The position numbers and the translations under genes are program-made. From Pseudomonadota bacterium (GTDB lineage: Bacteria > Pseudomonadota > Gammaproteobacteria > Enterobacterales > Alteromonadaceae), in the NCBI GenBank assembly GCA_040752955.1, contig JBFMHG010000010.1, positions 22,096-86,095 of the forward strand: a stretch of DNA of 64,000 nt, read 5' to 3'. Position 1 is the stretch's first letter. The number at the start of each line of letters is the position of its first letter. This document shows positions 11,803-22,219 of this stretch, piece after piece. The notes beneath the pieces were generated by a model that made no database searches, was not told the DNA's origin, and saw only the letters and a list, made by a program, of their open reading frames with translations.

Positions 11803-13032
11803 TTACCTCTGATACTCAGGTTTAACGTCAATGGCAGAGCTACCCGCTGTTGCCAGCCTATCCAGAGCCCGCACCGGGATAAACAGCAACAGATAGCTAA
11901 GTAAAAACAGCACAGCGCAGCTGAACAACAGAGCAGAAAAATTGTTGTTATCCGCCAGCGCCGCACCCAGCAAAGGGCCGCTAGCCAGGCCTAGCGATGA
12001 GACAAGAGCAGCGATAGTGGCCAGACGGCCGCTGCTATCGAGTTCTGCACTTACCGCCAGTAAAAAGCTCACCACCGCCGGCCAGCAAAAGAACAGCAGA
12101 GCCAGAGCGCTGCCATACAAGATCGCATCTATTGGTAGCAGGTTTAATGTTAGTAATAATGCGCTAAGTGCTGATAAGGCTGTTGCCGGCAGCAGCAGAG
12201 TTAAACGGCTCACACGACGGCCACTGAGTACCGGCAGCATAGCCCCGGCCAGGCCGGCTAAACCGCAAACGGCGATAGCGCTGCTAACCTTGTCAGCACT
12301 GATAGCTGCACCTTGACCCATCAGGCCGGCATAGGCCCAGATAGCACTGGCCGCCGCCTGATATAACGCAATGGCCAACAGCAATAAGGTGGCATAGCTA
12401 AGCCGGTGTGCTGACGTGCTGACTGCGCTATCGACGTTGACCGGTGCGCCAGGCGTTAATGTTATTGCCCTCACATAGTGCAGTAATATCAGGGCTAACG
12501 CGGCAATTGCAGTACTGACATAAAACACGGCATTAGCGCCGAACCACAGTGTCAGCTGAGGTAACAGGTAAATCACCAGGGAGCCGCTGCTAAACTGAAT
12601 AAACAGCAGCATACCAAAAGCGCGGTCAGGGTTTGCCAGCCGGGCCAGGACAGAAACCGCCATGCCTAAGCCGATGCCGCCGGCAATGCCGGCAACAAAG
12701 CGCCAGTTCAGCATCAAAGCGTAGCTAGTGGCCAGGGCGCTGGTTAACTCAAGCAGGCACAACAGTGCCAGACAGCTTAACAGTGTGCTTTGCCAGCGCA
12801 GTTTATTTACCAGATAAATAGCGATAGCGCTGCCAGCTAAGGCACCATAGCCGTTGGCCGCAACAATTTGGCCGGCTTGCGTCTGGGTAAAGCCAAGTGC
12901 GCCTGCCAGGCTGCTGACCAGCGAGGGTAAATAATTCAGGTAAGCCAGCGTGGCCATGGCAATAAAAGCGAGAAATATATAAGCAAAAAATGGTTGCTGC
13001 GTGTTTACGGGTAAAGATCCACTGTGGTGCAT
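11803..13032 (-). CDS. MFS transporter
   Basis: About 12 hydrophobic helices, WRFVAGIAGG and NPDRAFG motifs; ATG 13032 after GAGGAA. Confidence 0.88.
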   Translation of the reverse strand: MHHSGSLPVNTQQPFFAYIFLAFIAMATLAYLNYLPSLVSSLAGALGFTQTQAGQIVAANGYGALAGSAIAIYLVNKLRWQSTLLSCLALLCLLELTSALATSYALMLNWRFVAGIAGGIGLGMAVSVLARLANPDRAFGMLLFIQFSSGSLVIYLLPQLTLWFGANAVFYVSTAIAALALILLHYVRAITLTPGAPVNVDSAVSTSAHRLSYATLLLLAIALYQAAASAIWAYAGLMGQGAAISADKVSSAIAVCGLAGLAGAMLPVLSGRRVSRLTLLLPATALSALSALLLTLNLLPIDAILYGSALALLFFCWPAVVSFLLAVSAELDSSGRLATIAALVSSLGLASGPLLGAALADNNNFSALLFSCAVLFLLSYLLLFIPVRALDRLATAGSSAIDVKPEYQR

Positions 13033-13189
13033 AGTTCCTCCGGCTGACCGGGCATCATTGTCGTCGGGCCACAGCATAAACAGGCAGCAACAGCAGAAAA
13101 ACCGCTGTTGTTGCCAAACAGTTGTGAAGATCTTTCACGAGTCTTTATGCTAAGGTCACAGCTCTGTGCAAAAGGGCGATGGATTGTTT

Positions 13190-14161
13190 ATGGATAAACT
13201 GCGTTTAATTGAGCTGTTTGTTGCTACCTGCGATGAAGGTAGCTTTGCCGCTGCCGCAAGGCGCTGCCACAGTGATCCCTCTACCGTAAGCAAAGCAGTA
13301 AGCCGGCTGGAAAGTCAGCTTGGCTGCAGTTTGTTTCAGCGTTCTACCCGGCAACTGTGCATCACACCCGCTGGCCAGCGTTATGCTGCGACGGTGCGCC
13401 CCTTGCTGCAACAACTTAATGCATGTGAGCATGCCTTACAGCACCTGAATGATGCGCCCGAGGGTACGCTACGGATTACCAGTGCCGTGTGCTATGCCCA
13501 TCTGTATCTGCAGCCTCAGCTACAGGCATTTTGTCAGCGTTATCCGGCTATTCAGCTGCAGCTGGATGTCAATGACTTACATCAGGATCTTATCGATAAC
13601 GATATTGATGTGGCGCTGCGCACCGGCTATATCAAAGACAGCCGTTTAGTGGCGCGTCGCCTAAGCCCGATGGACTTTCTTATTTGTGCCTCGCCGCACT
13701 ATCTGGCGGCCCACGGCACGCCGCAGATTGCTGAAGATTTTTCACGGCACAGCTGGATAGGCTTTCGTATAAAGCAAAGCCAGCTGCTACAACCCATTTT
13801 TTTACCTGACCGGCATGGCCGCTATCAGTTGCATCACTTGCAGCGCCAGCATATTACTGATGACGGCGAAACTATGGCAGCCATGTGCGCCGATGGTTTA
13901 GGCATAGCGCAACTGCCACATTTTCTCGCCCGTCAGGGGCTACAAAGTGGCGCCTTAGTATCGTTATTTCCGTATTACCGGCCGCCGCAGCCTGACAATG
14001 GTGTCTTTGCTATTTACCCCAAGCGTGATTATTTGCCGGCCCGGGTCAGGGTGTTTATTGATTTTCTTTGTGCACATTTAGACACGCTGGGCGAAGGCAG
14101 TAATTATACCTGGGCTGAACAGTGGCCAGCGCTGAATGATGGTAAAAGTGCAACAGGTTAA
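13190..14161 (+). CDS. LysR-family transcriptional regulator (CrgA-like)
   Basis: GSFAAAAR...VSKAVSRLE...LFQRSTR HTH; divergent from the MFS operon. Confidence 0.93.
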   Translation: MDKLRLIELFVATCDEGSFAAAARRCHSDPSTVSKAVSRLESQLGCSLFQRSTRQLCITPAGQRYAATVRPLLQQLNACEHALQHLNDAPEGTLRITSAVCYAHLYLQPQLQAFCQRYPAIQLQLDVNDLHQDLIDNDIDVALRTGYIKDSRLVARRLSPMDFLICASPHYLAAHGTPQIAEDFSRHSWIGFRIKQSQLLQPIFLPDRHGRYQLHHLQRQHITDDGETMAAMCADGLGIAQLPHFLARQGLQSGALVSLFPYYRPPQPDNGVFAIYPKRDYLPARVRVFIDFLCAHLDTLGEGSNYTWAEQWPALNDGKSATG

Positions 14162-14235
14162 GCAACTGTTTGTGTCCTCTTCTACACTTGAAGCGCTGCC
14201 CGGTAAAATCTGTCGTTGTGTGTTTGGAGCCTCGC

Positions 14236-15078
14236 GTGAAAGCCATACTAAACTGTTTCAGCTGTTGCGTTATACCCTTGCTGCTGTTCGCGCCGGCTGT
14301 GTCTGGTGCAACAGAAACGACCACTGCTACAACGCCACTGCGCATTATCACCGAGCCGGCTGGCCGGGGCCGGTTGTATGACAAACACGGTAATCTTTAT
14401 GGTATGTCGACTGAGCTAATTAAAGCGTTACAGCAGCAGGTTGGTGACCATAGCAAAATAGAAATTCTACCCTGGGCGCGTGCTTATGCCATTGCCGTGA
14501 GCAGCGACAATGTGGCGGTGTATGACACGATCAGAACGGCCGACAGAGAAGATAAATTTAAATGGGTTGGCCCGATTAAGCTGTATTCAGTGAGCTTGTA
14601 TGCCCAACGTGGTGTTATCAGCAATGACACCAGTCTGGCCGACTTGCTGAAAAATCATATTGCCTGTGAAACCCGTAATACCAGCATCGTTAGCGAGCTG
14701 TTGGCGCTGGGGTTTGAGATAGACAAAAACCTGATCTTAAGTCTGAAAGCCGGTGACTGTTACACTATGCTCAAATTAGGCCGCGCCGATCTTATTGCCA
14801 TGCACGGTGATGTAACAGCCAAACGCCGGGCTGAACTGTTAGCCGCCGGGCTGGATTTACAACCTGTGTATCCGCTGCAAAATATTGAAATGTATCTGGC
14901 CTTTTCTAAAGCAGTCGACGATGCGGTAATACTCAAATGGCAGTGTGCGCTGAACAAACTGGTGCTGGAGGGCGAGTTCCGCCGGTTGTATCAGGATGAA
15001 TATCCCGAGATAATGATTACAGCGATTGAAAGCCGGGCTGCGCTGTCGCAGCAACAGCTGCAGTGCCAGGGGATATAA
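14236..15078 (+). CDS. Periplasmic solute-binding protein, family 3 (orphan)
   Basis: Signal peptide from GTG 14236 (GGAG upstream); PWARA, RTADREDKFKWVGP motifs. Confidence 0.75.
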   Translation: MKAILNCFSCCVIPLLLFAPAVSGATETTTATTPLRIITEPAGRGRLYDKHGNLYGMSTELIKALQQQVGDHSKIEILPWARAYAIAVSSDNVAVYDTIRTADREDKFKWVGPIKLYSVSLYAQRGVISNDTSLADLLKNHIACETRNTSIVSELLALGFEIDKNLILSLKAGDCYTMLKLGRADLIAMHGDVTAKRRAELLAAGLDLQPVYPLQNIEMYLAFSKAVDDAVILKWQCALNKLVLEGEFRRLYQDEYPEIMITAIESRAALSQQQLQCQGI

Positions 15079-15082
15079 CTTC

Positions 15083-15667
15083 TTGACCGCAAATTCTCTA
15101 AGCCGATTAGTTTTAGTTATTACCGATATCTTTGGCCAGGGTGCTGGCCTTGAACATCTGCTGGCTGATTTGCGCCAAAGCGGCGTGATACTGCATATCA
15201 TCGACCCTTATCAGGGCAAGGCGCAGCAGTTTGCTGATGAAGAGCATGCCTATGCTGCTTATTGCGCTGAGTGTGACCATAATACCTATGCCGCTTTGGC
15301 TGCACAGGCACTGCAACACAGCTCACAACCTTTTGATCTGGCTATCGGTTTTAGCGCTGGTGCCAGTGCCTTATGGCGTGCCCTGGCAGCAACTGACAGC
15401 AGCAAGCTTAAGCAGGCAGTACTGTTTTACCCGGGGCAAATTCACCAACACCTGACGCTTCAGCCGCAAGTGCCAACGCAGGTGATTTTTGGCCACAGCG
15501 AACCACATTTTGCTGTAGACGATATCTGTCGGCAGTTACATCAGCAGGGCGTCACTACCATCAGCACGCCTTACGCCCATGGTTTTATCAATCCGGCATC
15601 GAAGGCCTTTGATGAAGTGGGTTACAAGCAGCAACTGGTTACATTAAAACTTTTTGTGTGCGGCTGA
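15083..15667 (+). CDS. Dienelactone hydrolase-like alpha/beta hydrolase
   Basis: TDIFG, GFSAG nucleophile elbow, AHGF His motif; start uncertain (in-frame TTG 15083, track gives 15026). Confidence 0.75.
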   Translation: MTANSLSRLVLVITDIFGQGAGLEHLLADLRQSGVILHIIDPYQGKAQQFADEEHAYAAYCAECDHNTYAALAAQALQHSSQPFDLAIGFSAGASALWRALAATDSSKLKQAVLFYPGQIHQHLTLQPQVPTQVIFGHSEPHFAVDDICRQLHQQGVTTISTPYAHGFINPASKAFDEVGYKQQLVTLKLFVCG

Positions 15668-15794
15668 GGTATCGGCGTACTACCCTTGCAACAGCTTTCA
15701 GTTTAGGGCAACAAAAACCTCATCACAGCTATTTAGGCTAACTCTTGGCTGTATAACCATGGGCTGCTATTACGTGTTGTAACAATGGGGGCGC

Positions 15795-16781
15795 TTAAAA
15801 CTGGTTCACGTTCACTACGATACGCCCTCGCACCTGGCCATCGAGTAAGCGCTGTGCGGTGTCACACACCTGCGCTAAGCTTATCTCATTGGCCACCTTG
15901 TCCAGTGTGCTGCTATCAAGTATGTTGGCCAATTTATCCCAGGCCTCAATGCGATCGTTTAGCGGGCGCATTACGCTGTCGATGCCGGCTAACGTCACAC
16001 CGCGTAAAATAAAGGGTGCTACCGTGCCAGGTAAGTCCATACCCTGGGCCAGGCCACAGGCTGCCACCACGCCGCCGTATTTCGTGCTGGCACAGGCATT
16101 CACCAAAGTATGGCTGCCGACAGAATCGACCACGCCCGCCCAGCGCTCTTTCGCCAGCGGTTTACCGGGTTCAGACAGCGTGTGGCGGTCAAGAATGTCG
16201 CTGGCACCAAGGGTTTTCAAGTAGTCGGCCTCGTCAACCCGGCCAGTGGCGGCAACAACGCTGTAGCCCAGTTTGGCCAGTATCGCGATAGCGTAGCTAC
16301 CCACGCCGCCATTGGCACCAGTCACTAAAATCTCACCTGAGTCTGGTGTTACACCATGCTTTTGCAGCGCCATGACGCACAGCATAGCAGTGTAACCTGC
16401 AGTGCCAATCGCCATAGCTTGTTTGGCCGATAAACTCTTGGGCAGGGCAATTAACCAGTCGCTGTTTAGCCGGGCTTGTTGCGCCAGGCCGCCACAGTGT
16501 ACTTCGCCAACACCAAAGCCGTTTAGTAGCACTTCGTCACCGGCTTTAAATTTACCCGAGCTGCAGCTGATTACCGTGCCGGCTAAATCAATGCCCGGGA
16601 TCAGCGGGAATTTGCGCACCACCGGGGCTTTACCGGTAATGGCCAGCGCATCTTTATAATTCAGCGTGCTGTAGGCCACTTTCATTAGCGTATCACCGTC
16701 CATCAGTACGCCGTCGTCTAAGTCTTTAAGCGCAGCACGATAGCCTTGCTCGTCTTTTTCAATTAGTACGCCTTTAAACAT
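15795..16781 (-). CDS. acuI: Acrylyl-CoA reductase (NADPH), YhdH/AcuI family MDR
   Basis: STLNYKDALA, AMAIGTAGYTAML, TGANGGVGS, PFILRGV motifs. Confidence 0.9.
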   Translation of the reverse strand: MFKGVLIEKDEQGYRAALKDLDDGVLMDGDTLMKVAYSTLNYKDALAITGKAPVVRKFPLIPGIDLAGTVISCSSGKFKAGDEVLLNGFGVGEVHCGGLAQQARLNSDWLIALPKSLSAKQAMAIGTAGYTAMLCVMALQKHGVTPDSGEILVTGANGGVGSYAIAILAKLGYSVVAATGRVDEADYLKTLGASDILDRHTLSEPGKPLAKERWAGVVDSVGSHTLVNACASTKYGGVVAACGLAQGMDLPGTVAPFILRGVTLAGIDSVMRPLNDRIEAWDKLANILDSSTLDKVANEISLAQVCDTAQRLLDGQVRGRIVVNVNQF

Positions 16782-17010
16782 TGTGTCTCCCGGCTAATTC
16801 TGCGTGGTGCAGGACGTCAGGCGAACAGCCTGTGCGAAGCCTGCTAACGGATGTTGTCATAGACAAAAGCATAGGCCTATCAGCGATATATCGACATACG
16901 ACAAAGGTCGCACGGTAATATCAGTAGCTACAAATTGTCTGTAATGCCCAGTTACTCGCTTATTCAATCTCAAGAGGCACCTTATTGAGTCTTGGTATCG
17001 GCAGCATACT

Positions 17011-17053
17011 TAGTAAAAAACAACCCCGGTTTAGCCGGGGTTGTTTTTTACTA
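17011..17053. terminator. Bidirectional intrinsic terminator downstream of TonB receptor
   Basis: 19-bp perfect inverted repeat TAGTAAAAAACAACCCCGG / CCGGGGTTGTTTTTTACTA. Confidence 0.85.
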
Positions 17054-17090
17054 GCGTGTTTTAGCTACACTACGTGGTAACAATTTGCGT

Positions 17091-19190
17091 TTAGAGGGTA
17101 AATCTGACGCCAACATATGCCGTACGCTCAGGCGCGGGTTCAATACCGTCCGTTCTGACACGGCTGTAATAGTCTTCGTCTAGCAAATTGTTAATGCCAG
17201 CATACAATGCCCAGTTAGCCGACAATTCGTACTCAGCACTTAAATCGACAACCTGATAAGACGGGATCTTGGCATCGATGGTTGCTGCATCGCTGCCACG
17301 CGGTAAGTTAGAATCCTGCCAGTACTGACTACTGACCATGGTCAAACTTAACGATGCTGTTAACGCATTACCGGTGTACATCAAACCACTACGTAACAAA
17401 TAATCTGGTGCAAAAGAGACCGTATTGCCCACTAGGCTGCTGTCTACACTGCTGGTTATTTCAGCATCTAACCAAGATCCATTTGCAAAAGCACTGAGGG
17501 CATGACCCGGTGATAATTCAAAAGCATATTGCAGGCTAAGCTCAACACCCTGATGACGTGAATCGCCGCTGTTTACCCGCTCAATATCGGTGATATTCAC
17601 TTGAATTTGCTCAATTTTATCTTTGAAATCAATACGGAACACACTGACATCTAAAGCAAATTGATCGGTAACCTGACTACGATAGCCTAATTCATAATTC
17701 ATCGCTTTCGATATTGAAGGTTCATTACTGCCTGCCAATTCAGACGTTGGGTTAATTAAATCGTCAAACCGCTGTGGTCGGTACGATTCTGAAATATTGG
17801 CATATAACTGCGCTGTGCCTAATAGCTGATACGTCGCACCCAGACCAAAGAGCAATTCGTTGTAAGTGCGGTCCAAATCAATCGCATCACGGTTTAGGCT
17901 GGCGGTTTTCACCCGTTCAACCATATCGTAATTTAGCCGTTCATAACGTATAGCTGGCGCAAGAGTGAAATGTCCAAAACGGAACAGATTTTCGACAAAC
18001 AGCGCGGTATAAGTGGTAACACGATCTTGCTCAAAACGTAGGTCAGCTGCATTTTGTGCATCTGACGTCAGGTCGCTGTTAAGGTGCTGCGTACGTGGGC
18101 TGTCGCCACGAAAGCCTGAACTGCCAGCAGTTAAAATGTTGTCAGCACCCCATGCTAGACTGTAGCGCAGATCATAGCCCAGATTACGGAATTGCTGTTC
18201 ATCAACCGTGGTTGAAGCTGGTGGTGCTGCAGGTGGAACAAAGGCGCCCGAGCGGCGGCTTAAACGATCCATCGCAAGATACCAAATCTTACCATTCAAA
18301 CTAGAGGCGGTATCTAACTGCTGCTCGTAGGTTAAGCTGGCCAGAGTTTGGTCTATTTTAACGCGGTTAAACGGTGTTTTAACCAGATCTCGGTTGTCGG
18401 CAAATTCGGCTGAGGTTAAGCGGCCGGCTTCACCTGAGTCGGAACCATATACATCCAGATTAGCGCCAATTTTGATATCGTCAAAGCCTTCATAACTCAA
18501 GCCGAAGTAGCCTGAACTGACATCAAAGTCTTCGTTGTCGCGTGGGCCATCAGCCTGGCGATGATCAAAAGACGCCATAAAGCCAGTGTTGCCTTGTGAC
18601 CAACGTGCCTCGTTATAGGTGCTGTACATAGCATCGCTGCCAACGGCGTGCTCCGTGACAATACTATTGTCTACTTTTGCAGAAGGGCCACGTGTAACAA
18701 AATTGACCACAGGGCCGATTTGCGGTCCGTACAGTAAGCCTGAACCACCGCGAATAAATTCAACCTGCTCAATACGTTGCGCACCTGGCATATAATACAT
18801 CGTGGGATAACCAAACATATTGGCACCTAGCGGTACATTATTTTGGTAAAACGCAACAAACTCAGACTCGTGCGGGTTGCCCAAACCACGATAATTCACG
18901 TTAAAAATGCTAGGGATTTTTTGCTCTGAAACGAATAACCCCGGCAAGGCCGTGAACATTTGACGTAGGTTAGGCTCAACGAAGGTGGGTTGTTCAGTTA
19001 AATCCACAACTGAAGTTTTTTTTCCGGCAAGAATGAGACCTGCTTTTACATCGGGTAAAGAGGTTACAGGCTCTTGTACTTCGCCGCGAACTTCTAACAC
19101 TTCTACTGGCTCAGCATTATTGTTTGCAGCATGAGCGGTTACTGAGAAAAAGACCAAGGATACTGCAGCGGCGACTTTATTTTTTTGCAT
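17091..19190 (-). CDS. TonB-dependent receptor (FecA-like, probable iron-complex uptake)
   Basis: Signal peptide, IEQVEFIRGGSGLLYGP plug motif, NNLLDEDY, terminal beta-strand YVGVRFTL. Confidence 0.88.
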   Translation of the reverse strand: MQKNKVAAAVSLVFFSVTAHAANNNAEPVEVLEVRGEVQEPVTSLPDVKAGLILAGKKTSVVDLTEQPTFVEPNLRQMFTALPGLFVSEQKIPSIFNVNYRGLGNPHESEFVAFYQNNVPLGANMFGYPTMYYMPGAQRIEQVEFIRGGSGLLYGPQIGPVVNFVTRGPSAKVDNSIVTEHAVGSDAMYSTYNEARWSQGNTGFMASFDHRQADGPRDNEDFDVSSGYFGLSYEGFDDIKIGANLDVYGSDSGEAGRLTSAEFADNRDLVKTPFNRVKIDQTLASLTYEQQLDTASSLNGKIWYLAMDRLSRRSGAFVPPAAPPASTTVDEQQFRNLGYDLRYSLAWGADNILTAGSSGFRGDSPRTQHLNSDLTSDAQNAADLRFEQDRVTTYTALFVENLFRFGHFTLAPAIRYERLNYDMVERVKTASLNRDAIDLDRTYNELLFGLGATYQLLGTAQLYANISESYRPQRFDDLINPTSELAGSNEPSISKAMNYELGYRSQVTDQFALDVSVFRIDFKDKIEQIQVNITDIERVNSGDSRHQGVELSLQYAFELSPGHALSAFANGSWLDAEITSSVDSSLVGNTVSFAPDYLLRSGLMYTGNALTASLSLTMVSSQYWQDSNLPRGSDAATIDAKIPSYQVVDLSAEYELSANWALYAGINNLLDEDYYSRVRTDGIEPAPERTAYVGVRFTL

Positions 19191-19217
19191 CTAGAACAAC
19201 CTTTGCTAGTTAATGAA

Positions 19218-19243
19218 GATGAGATTAATTTATATTACCATTA
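19218..19243 (-). promoter_or_regulatory. Possible Fur box upstream of FecA-like receptor
   Basis: Minus strand AATGGTAATATAAATTAATCTCATC; roughly 13/19 match to the AATGA(T/G)AATnATT(A/C)TCATT consensus. Confidence 0.35.
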
Positions 19244-19519
19244 ACGTATGGGCGCAGTTCAGTGCTTAAGATCCTTTTAATGAATTTGTAATCTTATATT
19301 CATCAATGAAGTTAAACGCTAAATCGCATCAGACAATAGCTGCTCGATAAGACAGGCAAGGTATTTGTTGATGAGAAACGCCAGATGATAAGCAGAAGCC
19401 GGATTGTCTGCCTTTTTGGGGGAGAAAGTTAACGACAAAAGACCTCGTTCGCCAGGGCAAAACCAAAGCCATGTTGCTGCCACAGCCAGCCCTAGTCGGT
19501 TTCGTCACGGGCAAGGGCC

Positions 19520-20161
19520 CTAGTTTATTTCAATCAGCACTTCATTGCGCCTTAGCATTGGCAGAGTCAGCGGGCCGTTGTAACCGGCTTCAATCGGCTC
19601 ACCGATGGCGGTGTAGCCATTAGCCGCTATCCAGTCTTGCAATAGCGAGGTGTGTTTTGCTACGTTGCTTTTACTTAGCGTGCCATTAAATTGAATGGCG
19701 GCGACTTTGTAATCTTTAACTTCCGTCACTATCACATCGGGGTTAGTGGGTTTAGGCGTGGTTTGCAGGGTAAACTCTTTTGGCATCACAAAAGACATCA
19801 TCGAGCTGCCCGGGCGGTTATTCATTAATACCGGCGCTGTCATGGCAATTTTTTCGCCTTTGCTGCTGTTGTTCATCATCACCGGTGCTGTCATGGCAAT
19901 AGCGGCCGACGCTTCATTTTCGCCATCGATGTAGCGAAACAGCTTTCTAAAGGCACTGTTGCGGCCATCGCCGGCCATATCGGTAGATACCAGCACCATG
20001 CTGTCGTAGTTACGCACTTCAATATTTTGGCTGGTATCAGCTTTAAGCAGGGTATAAGGCGCACTTTCAACGCCGTTATCTCCAAATACCGAGCAGCCAG
20101 TGGTTAATAGGGCAACAAACAGGGGCAATAGAAGTTTCACAGCAGATCCTTTCATCAGCAC
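19520..20161 (-). CDS. SOUL heme-binding family lipoprotein
   Basis: Lipobox LTTGC; FRKLFRYI, duplicated IAMTAPV, MSFVMP, RRNEVLI SOUL motifs. Confidence 0.88.
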   Translation of the reverse strand: MLMKGSAVKLLLPLFVALLTTGCSVFGDNGVESAPYTLLKADTSQNIEVRNYDSMVLVSTDMAGDGRNSAFRKLFRYIDGENEASAAIAMTAPVMMNNSSKGEKIAMTAPVLMNNRPGSSMMSFVMPKEFTLQTTPKPTNPDVIVTEVKDYKVAAIQFNGTLSKSNVAKHTSLLQDWIAANGYTAIGEPIEAGYNGPLTLPMLRRNEVLIEIN

Positions 20162-20219
20162 ATAGCGTTGCTGCTTATACGGCTGCTAAGGCATAAAAGT
20201 GCAGTGCGAAGTTAAAAGC

Positions 20220-20942
20220 TTAACGATAGCGCTGCAGTATCTGGTCTAAAGTGCCATCCTGTTTGCTAAGCTGCAGCGCGCTATTCAGTTGCACTACTAC
20301 GCGCTCTGGCAGTTCAAGGCTACAGGCCAGCCATAATTCAAACGCATCGGCACTGGTTGCTACAGGATAAACACGAATGCCTTGTTGTGCGGCAATATAA
20401 GGCCCGCCGATTGAACCAGCCAGCCAAAGGTCAATGCGCTGTAATTGCAACATTGACAAATTCACCGGGATCTCCGCTATACGTTGGACCTTCAACCCCT
20501 TACTAACACCATAATCAGTAAAGGCGTCAGCGGTTTGCCCGCCAATGCGCAGCTTGGCAGCATCTGAGAGTTGATTAAATTTTGGCTGCGCCGGGTTAAT
20601 TGAAAATAGCTGAACATACTCTGTGCTTAACGGGCCAACCCACTGATACAGCGCTTCACGTTCGGCAGTTCTAACAGCAGAAAAAAAGCAGCTATCGGCT
20701 TGGGTTTGCGTGAAGATCTGCGCTCTGCCCCAGGGCACAACTTCAAACTGCCCGCTAAAACCCAGTTTATCCAACAGCTGTTGAATAAGCTCAGTATTAA
20801 GCCCGCTTACTTGCCCGTCGCGGGTATAGTTCCAAGGCGGGTATTCTTCTGTGTAAAGACGCAAAGATGTCGTTGACGCGGTTTCGGCTTTACTTACACA
20901 GTGCCAAAGCAAACTTACAATTAAGATCAACGCAGTACGCAT
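20220..20942 (-). CDS. Periplasmic solute-binding protein, family 3 (orphan)
   Basis: Signal peptide; TEEYPPWNY, PWGRA, RTAEREALYQWVGP, DGTLDQILQRY. Confidence 0.82.
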   Translation of the reverse strand: MRTALILIVSLLWHCVSKAETASTTSLRLYTEEYPPWNYTRDGQVSGLNTELIQQLLDKLGFSGQFEVVPWGRAQIFTQTQADSCFFSAVRTAEREALYQWVGPLSTEYVQLFSINPAQPKFNQLSDAAKLRIGGQTADAFTDYGVSKGLKVQRIAEIPVNLSMLQLQRIDLWLAGSIGGPYIAAQQGIRVYPVATSADAFELWLACSLELPERVVVQLNSALQLSKQDGTLDQILQRYR

Positions 20943-21091
20943 AGCATCGCCAAACTAATCAAATCAAAGGGTTGCCGGGTGTAGCGGCGCAGTAATTAAC
21001 GCAGACTAGCATTCCTACACCACTAAAGCATACTTCATTTTTTAAAACCTATGCCGGCGAATTTCTGCACAGGCTGGTTATGTAACCAAGG

Positions 21092-21844
21092 TTAAAGCGG
21101 TTGAAGCCAGGCGGCAATTTGGCTGGCCGCCAATTCGCTGTTATGGCTGCCGCGGTAGCTTTTTAGCGTGGCGACGCCGGGTGTAAAGGCCTGATACAGC
21201 GCTTCAGTGTGGCCACGGCCGATAATTTCGTCCTGCTCTGCCAGTAATAGCAACGTAGGGCTGTTAATAGCCGGCGCATAGGCAACAGAGTTATAGGTAT
21301 CTTTTAGCAACCACTTAACCGGAAAGAGTGGAAACTGCCGCTGGGCCAGTGCGTTCAGGCTGTCAAACGGCGTTATCAGCACCAGTTGCGTGACCTTACG
21401 CTGCGCCGCCAGCTGTACCGCAACACCTGAGCCCAGGCTTCGGCCAATTACCGTAATGTCACTATGTTTAGCTTGCAGCTGGTCATATAGCGCCAATGCA
21501 TCTGCTACCAAGGCCTGCTCAGAAGGGCTGCCGCTACTGCCGCCATAACCGCGATAGTGCATAAGATAAATAGCATAGCCGGGAAACGCCGCAGCAAAGT
21601 CCGGCAAAGAGATACTGACATCCTCTGCATTGCCGCCAAAATACAACAGCGCCTGGCGGGTGTCGCGCGGCTGTTGGCTTACCAGCACAGTGGCATCACC
21701 TTGTTGCAGAATCAGCGGCTCGGTTGGCGGCAGTTGGGCCGACACAGGGAAATAAATTAACTGCCGCTGCAAAAAATACAGCAATAAACACAGCAGGCAA
21801 TAGCCTGCCAGTACATAACCTGTCAGCGTAAGCAGCATACGCAT
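21092..21844 (-). CDS. Membrane-anchored alpha/beta hydrolase
   Basis: N-terminal TM, YFGGNAE, YRGYGGS, GRSLG nucleophile, GSHN His. Confidence 0.88.
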   Translation of the reverse strand: MRMLLTLTGYVLAGYCLLCLLLYFLQRQLIYFPVSAQLPPTEPLILQQGDATVLVSQQPRDTRQALLYFGGNAEDVSISLPDFAAAFPGYAIYLMHYRGYGGSSGSPSEQALVADALALYDQLQAKHSDITVIGRSLGSGVAVQLAAQRKVTQLVLITPFDSLNALAQRQFPLFPVKWLLKDTYNSVAYAPAINSPTLLLLAEQDEIIGRGHTEALYQAFTPGVATLKSYRGSHNSELAASQIAAWLQPL

Positions 21845-21913
21845 AGTCTATCCGGCAGTGGATAAAGGGTGTACAGCAGCTTAGCGGATAGCGGGGCTAA
21901 AGCAAACGGCTAT

Positions 21914-22219
21914 CAATATCAGCATTAAATCATCAGTTCGTTGGTTTTATCCAAAGCCAAAATGGCAGGATGGCTTCTGTTATCACTGGTTGTGTAATGC
22001 ACTGTAAGCAACTAAAAGCTTAACCAATTTAAACACTTGACGGTGTTTAGGTTTAAGGTAAAAGTGGTAATTGTTTTTGCTTGATATAAAGAACAAGATG
22101 TTAGGTGGCAAAAGACAAGAACTGACCCCCGAGGCTTTTAGCATAAGAAACATCTTGTTAGCGATAATTGTTCAAAAATCGACAATATCAGCAAGAAATC
22201 AAAAGTTCGTTGGTTTTAT
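21914..22219 (+). repeat. Imperfect 37-bp direct repeat (21914-21950 and 22183-22219)
   Basis: CAATATCAGCAttAAATCAtcAGTTCGTTGGTTTTAT vs CAATATCAGCAagAAATCAaaAGTTCGTTGGTTTTAT, 33/37 identical. Confidence 0.8.
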
